Below are positions 31,684 to 41,507 of a DNA stretch of 44,214 nucleotides, in pieces. The translations under genes were made by a program, and so were the position numbers. The DNA comes from a virus. How positions within the stretch are numbered: the stretch's first letter is position 1; each line of letters starts with the position of its first letter. The stretch is from IMG/VR virus record IMGVR_UViG_3300045988_038936, positions 1-44,214 of that record, one strand, 5' to 3'. A model generated the notes under the pieces. That model saw only the letters and a program-made list of their open reading frames with translations, did no database searches and was not told where the DNA came from.

Positions 31684-32360
31684 TCACCCCAGCGAAGCAA
31701 ACAGGGCCGCAACCCCAGCTGTGTCATTCGATGATACCACCGACACCGAATTGGCCTTCGCGGGCCGAGGCATCATCTCAGAGTCTTTCAGTGTCGCCTT
31801 ATTGGTGGCGGACGCCTTAATCAGCAGCGCCAACCTATCCAATTCCTCATTCAACCTCTCCGAGTCATGCGAGTAACCGAACCACTGGTCACCCCCCAGC
31901 TCGTTCGCCCGATACAGGCTCCAGGGCTCATGCGGTAGGCGCTCAAGAAGCTGACTTACGAGAGACACCCTGTAATCGCCGTGGACGTCAATCCGGTACA
32001 GTGCCCAGAAGTCCGCCGCAGCGTCCGGGTGCCTCTCGAAGAAGTCATCTAGTTCTTGGCGCCTGCGGCTTCCCCCGCGTAAGCCATAACCAGATTGATG
32101 ATGTCCTCCATGTCGGAGTCGTCATAGAACTTGTCCCAGGCGCCCAGGTCGGTGATGAAGCCGCCCTCCTCGAGGGCCTCCATGACGTCAGCGAGGACAG
32201 CCAGGAGGTTCACGTCATCCGTGTTGTCGCCCATGAACGGCTCCAGGACGGACGTGAGTCGCATCCGCTTAGAGGGTCGCAGCGAATGCAGGGGAGCGAG
32301 TAGCTCATGCCCCGGGAGAGAGGAGAACGGGGGGAGCTTGTCGGCCTTCTTGGTAGCCAT
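31684..32360 (-). CDS. Tail assembly chaperone, -1 frameshift fusion product
   Basis: The -1 frame stays open from the GGGGGAA run (32070-32076) to the stop at 31684 and encodes DDFFERHPDAAADFWALYRIDVHG... Confidence 0.6.
32049..32360 (-). CDS. Tail assembly chaperone (short form)
   Basis: ATG 32360 after GGAAGGAAAC; acidic C-terminus; sits between major tail and tape measure. Confidence 0.75.
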   Translation of the reverse strand: MATKKADKLPPFSSLPGHELLAPLHSLRPSKRMRLTSVLEPFMGDNTDDVNLLAVLADVMEALEEGGFITDLGAWDKFYDDSDMEDIINLVMAYAGEAAGAKN

Positions 32361-32398
32361 GAGAGTTTCCTTCCGGTGGGGTGTTCGGGGTGTTGGAA

Positions 32399-32434
32399 GG
32401 GGCGCCGCCACACACCCCTATATGGCGGCGCCCC
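32399..32434 (-). terminator. 12-bp perfect-stem hairpin after the major tail gene
   Basis: GGGGCGCCGCCA / TGGCGGCGCCCC, 12-nt loop. Confidence 0.55.
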
Positions 32435-32448
32435 TAGTATATCGGCCG

Positions 32449-33270
32449 TCAGTTGACGGTGAACTGCTTGCCGTCGGAGGCGGCAATGTTGTTCGTGACG
32501 ACCACGTTCTGGGCGCCAGAAGTCACGCCGCGAGGCACGTAGGTGGTGATCTGGGTAGCAGAGTCCTTCTCGAACGTGGCGACCACGTTGCCGAACTTCA
32601 CCTCTCGGACACCATCGAAGTTGGTTCCGGCGATGACGACCTTCGCGCCGACCGCGCCGGAGGCGGGGGTCAGGGTAGTGATGGTCGGCTTCGCGGTACC
32701 GATACCGGTGACGGTGCGGGGCTCGAGCATCTGGACGCGCGTCTTCCCCGAGGTGGGGGACAAGAGCGTGCCAGCGATCTTGACCTCAGTGAAGTTGTCC
32801 AGAGACAGAGAGGGCATGTTACCGGCGAGGGAGACGCGACGGAACAGGTAGCCAGAGACGATCCGGCCGTCCTCCACGACAACGAGGATGGCGCGCTCAC
32901 TGGAGGCATCGAGCTCAATGTCCCAGGCACGCTTCGCGGCGTCATAGGTGGAGCCAGGGAACGCCACCTTCATGACGTCCTCACCGAGGTTGACGGCGTT
33001 GATGGTGACCTTGTTGGTGACGTCCTCGCGGGTGGAGCGGACGCCCTGACGGTCCCAGGTGCGCTTCGTGGAGGTGTCGCCACCATCGGACTCGAACTCG
33101 ATGAGGTTCTCCGAGGAGGTGTCACCAAGCCAGGTCCACCCGCTAGCCTCCAGGGTGGTGCCATCACCGAAGACGTAGCCGTCAAGGTTGGGGGCCTCAG
33201 TGTCGTTCACGGCGTAGTAGACGTGACCGCGGCCCGCGATCTGAATCTTGCTGTTTCCGAGGTTAGCCAT
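32449..33270 (-). CDS. Major tail protein with C-terminal Ig-like (IPT/TIG-type) domain
   Basis: Position; C-terminus TITTLTPASGAVGAKVVIAGTNFDGVREVKFGNVVATF. Confidence 0.75.
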   Translation of the reverse strand: MANLGNSKIQIAGRGHVYYAVNDTEAPNLDGYVFGDGTTLEASGWTWLGDTSSENLIEFESDGGDTSTKRTWDRQGVRSTREDVTNKVTINAVNLGEDVMKVAFPGSTYDAAKRAWDIELDASSERAILVVVEDGRIVSGYLFRRVSLAGNMPSLSLDNFTEVKIAGTLLSPTSGKTRVQMLEPRTVTGIGTAKPTITTLTPASGAVGAKVVIAGTNFDGVREVKFGNVVATFEKDSATQITTYVPRGVTSGAQNVVVTNNIAASDGKQFTVN

Positions 33271-33707
33271 CAGGCTCCCTTCCTGGCCGTCACCTGAAGG
33301 GACGAAACCATGTTGATGTAGTCGGCGGTAGTTCCCATGTCCGTTTCCGGCGTGGGCAGCTGAGTCCACTCAAGGTAAGTGGCCCAGCCTTCGGAGGTCT
33401 CCATGCCTGACCTCCAAGCTTTCTCAATGGCCTGCACGAGAGCGTCACTCGCGTCGGACACCTCATCCCCGTCCGGGCCAGTCATGTACAGGCGAGCCCT
33501 GATCTGGGTTGCCGCGAACGTCGGCCCCGAGGGGTGAATCCGGGAGATGGTCATCTGGACGCGGCACACGAGCTCATTCATGGGGTCATCCACGTCACCG
33601 TGCGTGCGCCACACGATCCGGGAGAGAATCGGCCACTCAGCGGCGCCAGCGGCGGCGGCATCCTTCACGTACCGGTAGATGAACGGGAGGGGGGCGACGA
33701 ATGCCAT
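33270..33707 (-). CDS. Tail terminator-like protein
   Basis: Gene order; TAATG and TGATG overlaps with neighbours. Confidence 0.5.
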   Translation of the reverse strand: MAFVAPLPFIYRYVKDAAAAGAAEWPILSRIVWRTHGDVDDPMNELVCRVQMTISRIHPSGPTFAATQIRARLYMTGPDGDEVSDASDALVQAIEKAWRSGMETSEGWATYLEWTQLPTPETDMGTTADYINMVSSLQVTARKGA

Positions 33708-34054
33708 TAGAACCCCCCGTTCGCGTGTACGACGCCACGCATGACGTTGATGCCCGGCACCCACGTCCTGTGTCTGGCACCCTCGCGCCCGGAGCGACGC
33801 CCCTGCGCATCCTGGTACACGTAGTGGCCGAACTCGACGGCCGCATCATGGTCCGTGGACGGGGAAATGGACCAGTCCACCTTCCCCTGTGACAGGCTGA
33901 ACGACGCTGACAGCTCCCCCGACTGGATGTGTGCGGCGGCGGCGGCCTCGACCTCGGCGAACACCTTCGCGGCGGCGGCAGCGAACTCGGGCTGTCGTGC
34001 CACCACGGCGGCAATGTCCTCATGGACGCTCTCAGTGTCGTAGACCTCGATCAT
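33707..34054 (-). CDS. HK97 gp10-like neck protein
   Basis: Gene order; ...AAVEFGHYV...VPGINVMRG. Confidence 0.5.
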   Translation of the reverse strand: MIEVYDTESVHEDIAAVVARQPEFAAAAAKVFAEVEAAAAAHIQSGELSASFSLSQGKVDWSISPSTDHDAAVEFGHYVYQDAQGRRSGREGARHRTWVPGINVMRGVVHANGGF

Positions 34055-34458
34055 CGGGACTCCGTTCCGAGCGTGTCACAACGCACAGACCAGTGGCGGG
34101 TCATCGGGGAGGCGTCATAGGTGAGCGGCTCACCGGCCTGCTGGAACGTCTTCCCCACCAGCGACTCGGGGCCCTTGATGATCTTCACCCACGAGTGCGG
34201 GCCACCCGGCCACTTCCGGCCAGTACCGAACACCTTCAGGGTGGTCTCGTCCGTGAGGTCGCCGCGAATGACGCGGTTCTCGGTGGCCTTCAGGGCGTTA
34301 CCTGCGGACGGCTGCACCAGCACCTTATCGATCACGAATGTCTCCCCCCGCTCGAAACGACGCCCGGTGCGCCCCTCCTTGACGACGGCGAGAGTCACCT
34401 CCACCACGTGGGGGCCGTTCTCCAGGTAGCGCCCGCGGCGGGGCCGGAACCCTACCAC
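34051..34458 (-). CDS. Head closure / head-tail joining protein
   Basis: Gene order and size. Confidence 0.5.
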   Translation of the reverse strand: MVGFRPRRGRYLENGPHVVEVTLAVVKEGRTGRRFERGETFVIDKVLVQPSAGNALKATENRVIRGDLTDETTLKVFGTGRKWPGGPHSWVKIIKGPESLVGKTFQQAGEPLTYDASPMTRHWSVRCDTLGTESR

Positions 34459-34961
34459 AGTGTCACCTCATCCTCATCGTAGACGGGGTGGTCGCCAGCG
34501 AAGTCGAGGGCTGACGGGCCGCGCAGGTACGTGGGGTCCACCGTCAAGGGACCCTCCAGGGCACCCAGAAGGTGCGTGCGCCGCGCATACCCGTCCATCT
34601 CGGCGCCAGCCACGCCCCACCCGGACGTGCCAGCCTCCAGTGCCCGCCAGTCGCGGTCGGTGATCTCCAGGATGCCGGACGCGACAGCCTGATTCACCGA
34701 GTACGTGTACGTACCCTCGGTCTCATACTTGTAGAGTCCGCCGCCAGGCGCCCTGAGGACACGGGAGACCGACTCAGCCTCCACCATCCGCATGATGATA
34801 GAGAAGCTGTAGTCCACGCGACACCGGTTCACGGCGTCAGGCATGCGCGACAGAATCAGGGCCTCAGCCCTATCCAGAAGAGCCTGCACCCAGACCTTCT
34901 CGTCATCCTCCAGGTACCGCATAAGCGACCCCTGAACATCATCCAGTGTTGCTACCGTCAC
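34452..34961 (-). CDS. gp6-like head-tail connector (adaptor)
   Basis: MTVATLDDVQGSLMRYLEDDEKVWVQALLDRAEALI typical N-terminus; SD GGAGG. Confidence 0.6.
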   Translation of the reverse strand: MTVATLDDVQGSLMRYLEDDEKVWVQALLDRAEALILSRMPDAVNRCRVDYSFSIIMRMVEAESVSRVLRAPGGGLYKYETEGTYTYSVNQAVASGILEITDRDWRALEAGTSGWGVAGAEMDGYARRTHLLGALEGPLTVDPTYLRGPSALDFAGDHPVYDEDEVTLW

Positions 34962-34992
34962 TTCTCCACCTCCTCAGGAAACCAGGCCACGG

Positions 34993-35024
34993 GGTGGCCG
35001 CCAACCAAAACGCCAGCGGCCACC
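34993..35024 (-). terminator. 9-bp stem hairpin after the major capsid gene
   Basis: GGTGGCCGC / GCGGCCACC, 14-nt loop. Confidence 0.45.
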
Positions 35025-35031
35025 AACCGGG

Positions 35032-36003
35032 TCACTTGCTGGTGATCTTCACGAACGCGCGCGGGTCACGCAGAACCCAACCGAACTGAGCCTCAGCGAG
35101 GATCGCACCCATGTTGCGGTCGAAGAGGTCAACACCACCGGCGCGCTCGGTCGCCTTACGGTAGGTGATGGTCTCAACGAAGCCGAGACGCAGAGCGTCC
35201 TTGAAGTCGCCGCCGATACCGAGAAGCTTCGCGGCCGGAACCTTGGCCTTCTCGTAGCCAGAGACGGCACGAGAGTAGGTAGCCGGGACACCCAGGACAG
35301 TACCGAACTTCGCGGTGATGTCAGGGGCCTGCTGGTAGAGCGGGCGACCCTGAGCATCCAGGGCGTTCACCAGGTTGCTGCGGAACTTCGGGGCGAGGAG
35401 GAAGTGGTCGAAACCGAACTCAGCCTCGTCAGCGTCATCCAGCACAACCTTGTCGTAGGCGGCGGACAGCTGCTTGGTGAAGTAGCCGGTAGCGGTGGAG
35501 GCCAGGTCCAGCTCCTGAACCTTCGTGGTGGAGGTAAGGGCCTCCTTGCCGGTGATGGCAGTGCCGGTGTTCGCGTCGATGCCGTGGATGACGGCAGTGT
35601 CGATAGCGCGAGCAATGGCCTCACCCAGGGCGCGCTGGATACGAGAGTACTCGCCCAGCGGGTCAGCCTTAGCGGTCTCCTCCGAGTAGAGGATCATCAC
35701 GGCAGCCTTGACGGGGGTGACGGTCTTGACCTTGCTGGACAGGGTAGCGACCGGCTTCAGGCCACCCTCCTGGACGATACCAGCGGTGGGCTGGCCGACC
35801 GGGATCGGAATGGCGGTACCGTTGATGGAGACCGGGACGCTGCCGGCGAGGGACTGAACGACAGAACCATTCATGGCGTTGTCCCAGATACCCTTTACGA
35901 CGGTCTTGGGAAACGCGGCCTCATTCCCGGCGTTAGCGCCGAGAATCTTGGATACTGTCTCGATCTTGGCTTCGTTGTCGGGGTTGTACGCAGGTGCAGG
36001 CAT
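35032..36003 (-). CDS. Major capsid protein (HK97-fold type)
   Basis: Follows the scaffold; 323 aa; codon usage of a highly expressed gene. Confidence 0.8.
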   Translation of the reverse strand: MPAPAYNPDNEAKIETVSKILGANAGNEAAFPKTVVKGIWDNAMNGSVVQSLAGSVPVSINGTAIPIPVGQPTAGIVQEGGLKPVATLSSKVKTVTPVKAAVMILYSEETAKADPLGEYSRIQRALGEAIARAIDTAVIHGIDANTGTAITGKEALTSTTKVQELDLASTATGYFTKQLSAAYDKVVLDDADEAEFGFDHFLLAPKFRSNLVNALDAQGRPLYQQAPDITAKFGTVLGVPATYSRAVSGYEKAKVPAAKLLGIGGDFKDALRLGFVETITYRKATERAGGVDLFDRNMGAILAEAQFGWVLRDPRAFVKITSK

Positions 36004-36012
36004 TAGCCCTCC

Positions 36013-36510
36013 TTACTGGTCTGCGAGGCCGAAGAACCCGAGCGCCTCACTCAGGCCGTCATCCTCGGTCTCAAGGTCTGCATCCACCGCAGGGTCGCGG
36101 GGGACTGAAGGCGCGGGCGTAGCGTTTGCCTGCTCGCGCAGCGTGGCGAGGGCGTCTACCTGCTCCTGCCACGAGTCTTTGTCTCCGGTGAGGAATGAAG
36201 CGAAGCGGGCCGGAATGTTGGCCTTAGAGAGGATCGACTCCTTCTCGGAGAGCTCGGCGGCGGCACGCTCGGCGGCCTCCTTCGCCTCGAGCTTCTCGGT
36301 GAGTGCGGCCAGCTGGGCGCGCAGCTCACTCACCTCATCCGAATGAGTCTCCTCATCATCCTTCGGCGCCTCCTCCGCAGGAGTCTCCTCGTCCTCCGCA
36401 GGAGTCTCATTGGTGGCCTCCTCGGCGGGCTCGATAGGGTAGTCAGTGGTTGAGATAGGTCCGTCAGTCTCTTCAACGACGGAGGGCTCAGGCGCGGGGG
36501 TGTCGCTCAT
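36013..36510 (-). CDS. Scaffolding protein
   Basis: Acidic Pro/Glu-rich N-terminus, coiled coil ELRAQLAALTEKLEAKEAAERAAAEL. Confidence 0.75.
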   Translation of the reverse strand: MSDTPAPEPSVVEETDGPISTTDYPIEPAEEATNETPAEDEETPAEEAPKDDEETHSDEVSELRAQLAALTEKLEAKEAAERAAAELSEKESILSKANIPARFASFLTGDKDSWQEQVDALATLREQANATPAPSVPRDPAVDADLETEDDGLSEALGFFGLADQ

Positions 36511-37502
36511 TTGCGTTCCTTCAGCTTCTCCCGGAAGTACTTGTCCATTGCGCGCCTAGCATCCACGTCATGAAGGTCCTGGTCGCGCACAACCTCATTG
36601 TACACACGTTCGAATGCGACCTGCTGCTCCTTCCCTTCCCAGTGCTTGGAAGTGAAAACGGGCACACACGTGCAAAAACATCGATCGTGGAATCTGTTGG
36701 CCCGAATGCCCGCCGACTCGGATGACTTATACACCGGACCACGGGAAGCGAGCATCGCACAAAAGCCGCAGGGTCCATTCTTGTTCGGGTGGGTCACGCG
36801 GGCGAAAGCGAATGGGCGAGCAATCAGCTCCCCCCTGGAGTTGCGCCGGTACTTGTCTGGCACGTCGGAGAAGACCTTCATGCTGCGGTGGCGCTCCTTA
36901 ACGAGCTCCTCCTCGTCGAGGGTGCGAACAGCTTCCTCCACCCTGTCTGCGACCTTCTCGAACGCCTCATCCAGTGTCATGCTTTGGCGGCGGCGGGACT
37001 CAACCTTCTCGACGTCCTCGACGATCGCCTTCTGTGCCGTCTCGGAGAACTCTTCGAGGTCCGTCGCCAGGTCATCCAGAGCTCCCTCAATGAGCTCAAC
37101 CGAGGACGGGGCAGTATCCACCGCGTCTGCCACGGTTCGGCGCGCAGCGGCCAGCACGTGCCCCTCCAGGGTGCGTTCCAGGCGCCTCATCCCCTCAGGG
37201 GAATCCAGGGCCCCCTGAGTGCCGCGAATCGTGCGAGCGATAGTCTTCGGCGAGTACCCAGGCTGGGGAGGAATCCATGACTCAGGCGCCCCAGCCTTAC
37301 GGGCCTGCCCCCTCAGAAACAGGGCAGCGGCCGCCCACGCCTGCTTCCTGGCCTGCCACATGAGCGGAGTCAGGAGGTCCCCCACGTGCTCCACCGGGGG
37401 CGGCTCAGGGAGCCCATCGAACGCCTTGAGGGCATCCTCGGCACGCCGGCGGAACAGCATGACAATGCTGCGCAGGATGCTGTAGAAGAGAGCCTCACTC
37501 AC
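36507..37502 (-). CDS. MuF-like head morphogenesis protein
   Basis: Follows the portal; C-terminal GPCGFCAMLAS...FHDRCFCTCVP; GTG 37502 (ATG 37460 is an alternative). Confidence 0.65.
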   Translation of the reverse strand: MSEALFYSILRSIVMLFRRRAEDALKAFDGLPEPPPVEHVGDLLTPLMWQARKQAWAAAALFLRGQARKAGAPESWIPPQPGYSPKTIARTIRGTQGALDSPEGMRRLERTLEGHVLAAARRTVADAVDTAPSSVELIEGALDDLATDLEEFSETAQKAIVEDVEKVESRRRQSMTLDEAFEKVADRVEEAVRTLDEEELVKERHRSMKVFSDVPDKYRRNSRGELIARPFAFARVTHPNKNGPCGFCAMLASRGPVYKSSESAGIRANRFHDRCFCTCVPVFTSKHWEGKEQQVAFERVYNEVVRDQDLHDVDARRAMDKYFREKLKERK

Positions 37503-38817
37503 CCTCAGGGGCCTCCTCCGCGTCCTCGGGGGCCTCCGGAGCCTCCGGCATATCCAGGCCCGCGTCGGCATCCATCTTGTCCCCGCGGGCCTTCTCGCGG
37601 CGCAGCTGCTCCGGAGTGAGGTGCAGGAACTCGCGGGCCGTCTCGTCACCGATGATGCCCTGACTATGGGCCTGGAGGGCGTTCGCCATCTGCGCCGACG
37701 TGGACGGGGCGGCAGCGTCGCGCCACGTCACCTCCAGGGCCTCAAGCCCCTCCAGTGACATGCCGTTCGCCTGCGCCACAATCCGGCCGACACGCTCCAG
37801 GGCGTCGCTGAACTGGCGCTGCTTGTTCTCCGCCCGGGCGATGAGGCGGTCCTTCGCCACGCGCAGGGCCTCAGCGGACGTCGGGTTGTTGTCCGAGGAG
37901 ACGCCCATCATCGACGGGGGGATGCCGGTCATGGCGGACAGCTGGAGGGCGTAGGACCTGTACGTGTTGATGAACGGGTCCAGCGCCATACCGGTCAGCT
38001 GCTTCACGTCACCGCCGGAGGGAATGGCGATCAGGTTCCCCATGTACGCCTGCATCTTCTCCGGGTACTGGTCAATCATCGCCGACGCCCCATCGCCCAC
38101 GACTGCGCGGAGCGGCGAGGAGGCGACCTCCTGTGCCACCTGAAGGTTCGTCAGCGTGCGGGAGGCGGCATCAATGACAGACGTGAGCTCACGCAGGTCC
38201 GAGCGCCCATACTTGTCAGACAGGCGAGCCCGATTGAACATAGGGACGATCGAGGCGCCCCACTGGTCCTGGCGTCCCTGGCCGACACTCTTCCAGTCGT
38301 ACTTACCCTTCGCGTAGAACTCCACGCCATCAGGCGTGTAGTAGGTAGCCCCCACATTCCCGTCATCCCGGCGATAGAGGACGACACCCTCCACGACCTC
38401 TCCGCGGAAGTTAATGCGCACGCGAGCATGCTTCGCATCCACTGCCCGGATCGAGGCGAACTCATGCTCATCATCCGGGGGTGCGATCACCCAGTAGGCG
38501 GCGCCGGCGCTGATGGCCTCGGCTGCAGCAAGGTTGAACTGGGAGTCCATGTCGTTCGCCTGCCACGTCTTCCGCAACAGCTCAACCACGCCAAACTTGT
38601 CATCGTCAGCGACACGGTACCCGTCGGGGATCAGAATCTCGGTGAGGACATCCACGGCCATCTTAGCGAACGGGGCCTGAATCTCCAGGACCCGGGCCTT
38701 CGCGGGCAGGCTGATACCCACCGCATCTAGGCGCCGCTTCCCCTCGTAGTAGCCCTCATAGGTGATAGGGCGGTAGGCGCCAGACGCGAACTTAGAGATC
38801 ATCTTCTGGAAGCTCAC
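37495..38817 (-). CDS. Portal protein
   Basis: Follows TerL with a GTGA overlap (ATG 38832 is an alternative); 440 aa, acidic C-terminus. Confidence 0.8.
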   Translation of the reverse strand: MSFQKMISKFASGAYRPITYEGYYEGKRRLDAVGISLPAKARVLEIQAPFAKMAVDVLTEILIPDGYRVADDDKFGVVELLRKTWQANDMDSQFNLAAAEAISAGAAYWVIAPPDDEHEFASIRAVDAKHARVRINFRGEVVEGVVLYRRDDGNVGATYYTPDGVEFYAKGKYDWKSVGQGRQDQWGASIVPMFNRARLSDKYGRSDLRELTSVIDAASRTLTNLQVAQEVASSPLRAVVGDGASAMIDQYPEKMQAYMGNLIAIPSGGDVKQLTGMALDPFINTYRSYALQLSAMTGIPPSMMGVSSDNNPTSAEALRVAKDRLIARAENKQRQFSDALERVGRIVAQANGMSLEGLEALEVTWRDAAAPSTSAQMANALQAHSQGIIGDETAREFLHLTPEQLRREKARGDKMDADAGLDMPEAPEAPEDAEEAPEGE

Positions 38818-41507
38818 ATGAACACCTTCCACTCACCTCGCGGAGCAGTCAGGTCCGCCCACTCCTTCGAGTTCTTCACATGCCTATACAGCATTCTAGC
38901 GCCGATCATACACACAGCGAGATCGATCTTCTTAGACGACTTCGGGGACTCCTTCTTCACCGACCAGCGCCCCTTGAACTCATTCACGCGACAGTTCGAC
39001 ACGTGCTCGCCCAGCGCCGAGTCCCCATCATGGGTGAACGTCTGCTGCTGAATCTCCGTGAACGCCGTCTCCGCAGCCTCGGCGAACTGGTACGCGTGCG
39101 ACCGCATATCCCAGGCAATAGGCGACGCGGACATGCCGCCACGAACCGCGGGGACGATCAGGCGATCACCGAAGTCCTCAGGCCACGCCGTGCGAGTGAA
39201 CGACTCCCACTCGCGCACGTCAGCCCAGAACGCGACCACGTTGTACGTGTCGAATGCCTTCCTGACCCCAGCATCCACGGCAGCCACATTCACCACACCG
39301 AGGGGCTTCTCGGGCTTCCAGTGCCCGATCTTGAAGATGTGCCCGTCCTCCATGCAGCATCCCACGAGAGCGGTGTGGTCGTTGGACTTGGAGCCGTCGA
39401 AGAACATGACGATCCGCTCCCCAGGCTCCACCTTCCGGTCAGGCTTACGGAGCTGCGTCCACTCCTCCAGGGTGATCCAGGACGCCTCAGCTGCGTTCGG
39501 GCGGTTCAGGAAGAACCTGATCGACCGAGACTCCGGGTACTCCGGCGACCAAATCTGCTCCTTGATGGACTCCAGGTTCACCCACGGACAGTCCTCATAC
39601 ACATACTCGAGAGCCTCCGTGAGCCCAACCTGCCCCTCCTCCGGCTCATCCGTCAGAACCGTATTCGGGGGAGCGATACGCGCATCATAAAGAATCTTCG
39701 TCTTACCGCGCGTGAGACCATCCTCCTGGTCGCACCACGCCTCAAAGATCGCCTCAGCTGACGACTGCTCACCAGGCACCCACGCGTTACAGGTACCCAT
39801 GAACCGGCCACCCATCTTCGCCGCGTTCTGCTGAATCGTCTGCAACATGGCCGGGCCGCCCTGCGCAGGAAGCCAGTGCTCCAGCTCGTCGCCCACAACG
39901 AAGGACACCTCTCCACCCTCCATGGAGTGCGCAGAGGACGTCATCTGCTGAAGCTTCCCCCCACCCGGCGTCTCAATGAAAGTCTTAGCAACCTCAAGAT
40001 CGTACTTGCGGGCAAGCGGCCCCTTTTTTTGACAAAAAGCGCGCACCATTCTGATCGTGTTTTGAGTTTGATTTTCCGACGTGGCTACGATCTGCACCAG
40101 CGGCATACTCATGGGCTTCGCCCGCACCCCGAACGGCTCATGTCGGTCGAAACCATCGAACCGGCAAGGGCCGAGGAGTTCGAACAGGCACAACGCGGCA
40201 GCGAACGGGGAATTGTGGGTCACCACCATGGTCTCACCCACCAGGTAGAGGCCATCCTCGGCGGCCACAGAGATGCAGCGCGCATCTACGGGAGCCACCT
40301 GTCGCACATCCTTAATGACGCGCGGGATGGGCTTCCTGCGCTGCTCCTGCACGCGCTCCGCACGGCGAGGCAGGGTCACGAGGTTCTGGTGCTTGTAGGG
40401 CTTGAACGTCAGCCTGTAGCGAGGGCCTGTAACGCGCCCATAAAGCTTCGCTTCCGACTCACGCACGTTTACCTTCACGCCCATTGAGCGCAGGAGGAAC
40501 GCCATGCCGTCGGCGATCTGCTTACGCACCTGGCAGTACTCGGCAGAGCCCTTCTTATCCACATAGCCATCGGAATCCATAAGTCCCTGAATCAGGGCGC
40601 GGCGCTGCTCCACAGAGGAGTACAGGTAGGCGTCCGGGATGTGCTTTTCGTTCAGTACCCCAGCCTTGCGAAGGTCTCCGATGAGGCCAAGGATGCTGAA
40701 CTTACGGCCACGACCGCCTTCCTTCTTCTCCCAAATGCCGCCAATGTCGTACCCGGCTGCACGCAGCCGCTCGCGGACGTGAGGGATGTCGTCAACGTCA
40801 GCGGTAGCTTCTCCATGCCCCGTAGTGCCGTCGCCGAGCCAGTAGCCGAGTACCCACGGGTCAACAGGCAGACCTCGCTCGGGAAACTCCAGGGGCTCGG
40901 TCTCAGGGAGGGCGAACTTGCCGACACCAGCCTTAGTGGCCTTCGTTGAACCTTTCGTGAGCGGGCGCTCGAAAATCAGCCCCTCACGGGCCATGGTGCG
41001 CACGTCGAGGGTGCGACGAACTCGCTTCGACTTCCCAACGAACTCCTCAACGGTGAACAGGTGCTCGCCAGTGAAGGTCTCCACGGTCCCGTCGGAGAGC
41101 TCGACCTCCCATGTATCCCACTGGTCGATGGGGTGAGTTTTCGTGACCATGGTGGGCTTGCCGGAGGGGTGGAACACGTAGTCACCAGGGCGGAGGTCAC
41201 CGAACTTCCTCCATCCGTCAGGAGTGAGAATTGGTGTGAGCAAGCTTACAGCTTTGCCACTTCCCTTGCTTAACCTTCTAATTCCCTGCCTATACACAAA
41301 GGAACCCTTATGGGTAAGGGCGTAGAAGTGAGCAAGGAACTCGATCTGCCTGTCCGTCGGGATGAACGGCTGGCCCGCGCGCGGCCCGTTCGGCTGCACA
41401 AGGTTGTCCATCATCCATGCGGCAGCGTGATACCCGAGCGTCCGCTCAGGGAGTTCGAGGGGGAGCGTGTCGGTTCGCTCCCGGGGTGCGGGGAGCGTCT
41501 CAGTCAC
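38814..41507 (-). CDS. terL: Terminase large subunit, interrupted by an intein in the Walker A loop
   Basis: Exteins join to SKGSGK|SPFAAAL (P-loop); VVGDELEHW Walker B; FFDGSKSNDHTALV nuclease motif; GTGA overlap with terS (TTG 41531 is an alternative). Confidence 0.9.
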   Translation of the reverse strand: MTETLPAPRERTDTLPLELPERTLGYHAAAWMMDNLVQPNGPRAGQPFIPTDRQIEFLAHFYALTHKGSFVYRQGIRRLSKGSGKAVSLLTPILTPDGWRKFGDLRPGDYVFHPSGKPTMVTKTHPIDQWDTWEVELSDGTVETFTGEHLFTVEEFVGKSKRVRRTLDVRTMAREGLIFERPLTKGSTKATKAGVGKFALPETEPLEFPERGLPVDPWVLGYWLGDGTTGHGEATADVDDIPHVRERLRAAGYDIGGIWEKKEGGRGRKFSILGLIGDLRKAGVLNEKHIPDAYLYSSVEQRRALIQGLMDSDGYVDKKGSAEYCQVRKQIADGMAFLLRSMGVKVNVRESEAKLYGRVTGPRYRLTFKPYKHQNLVTLPRRAERVQEQRRKPIPRVIKDVRQVAPVDARCISVAAEDGLYLVGETMVVTHNSPFAAALCLFELLGPCRFDGFDRHEPFGVRAKPMSMPLVQIVATSENQTQNTIRMVRAFCQKKGPLARKYDLEVAKTFIETPGGGKLQQMTSSAHSMEGGEVSFVVGDELEHWLPAQGGPAMLQTIQQNAAKMGGRFMGTCNAWVPGEQSSAEAIFEAWCDQEDGLTRGKTKILYDARIAPPNTVLTDEPEEGQVGLTEALEYVYEDCPWVNLESIKEQIWSPEYPESRSIRFFLNRPNAAEASWITLEEWTQLRKPDRKVEPGERIVMFFDGSKSNDHTALVGCCMEDGHIFKIGHWKPEKPLGVVNVAAVDAGVRKAFDTYNVVAFWADVREWESFTRTAWPEDFGDRLIVPAVRGGMSASPIAWDMRSHAYQFAEAAETAFTEIQQQTFTHDGDSALGEHVSNCRVNEFKGRWSVKKESPKSSKKIDLAVCMIGARMLYRHVKNSKEWADLTAPRGEWKVFM
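40212..41252 (-). mobile_element. Intein (347 aa) with LAGLIDADG homing endonuclease, class-3-type, paralog of the 14492-15478 intein
   Basis: Ala1 (AVSLLTPILT), block B TGEHLF, LGYWLGDGT and IQGLMDSDGY, block F ARCISVAAEDG, block G VTHN then Ser+1. Confidence 0.85.
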
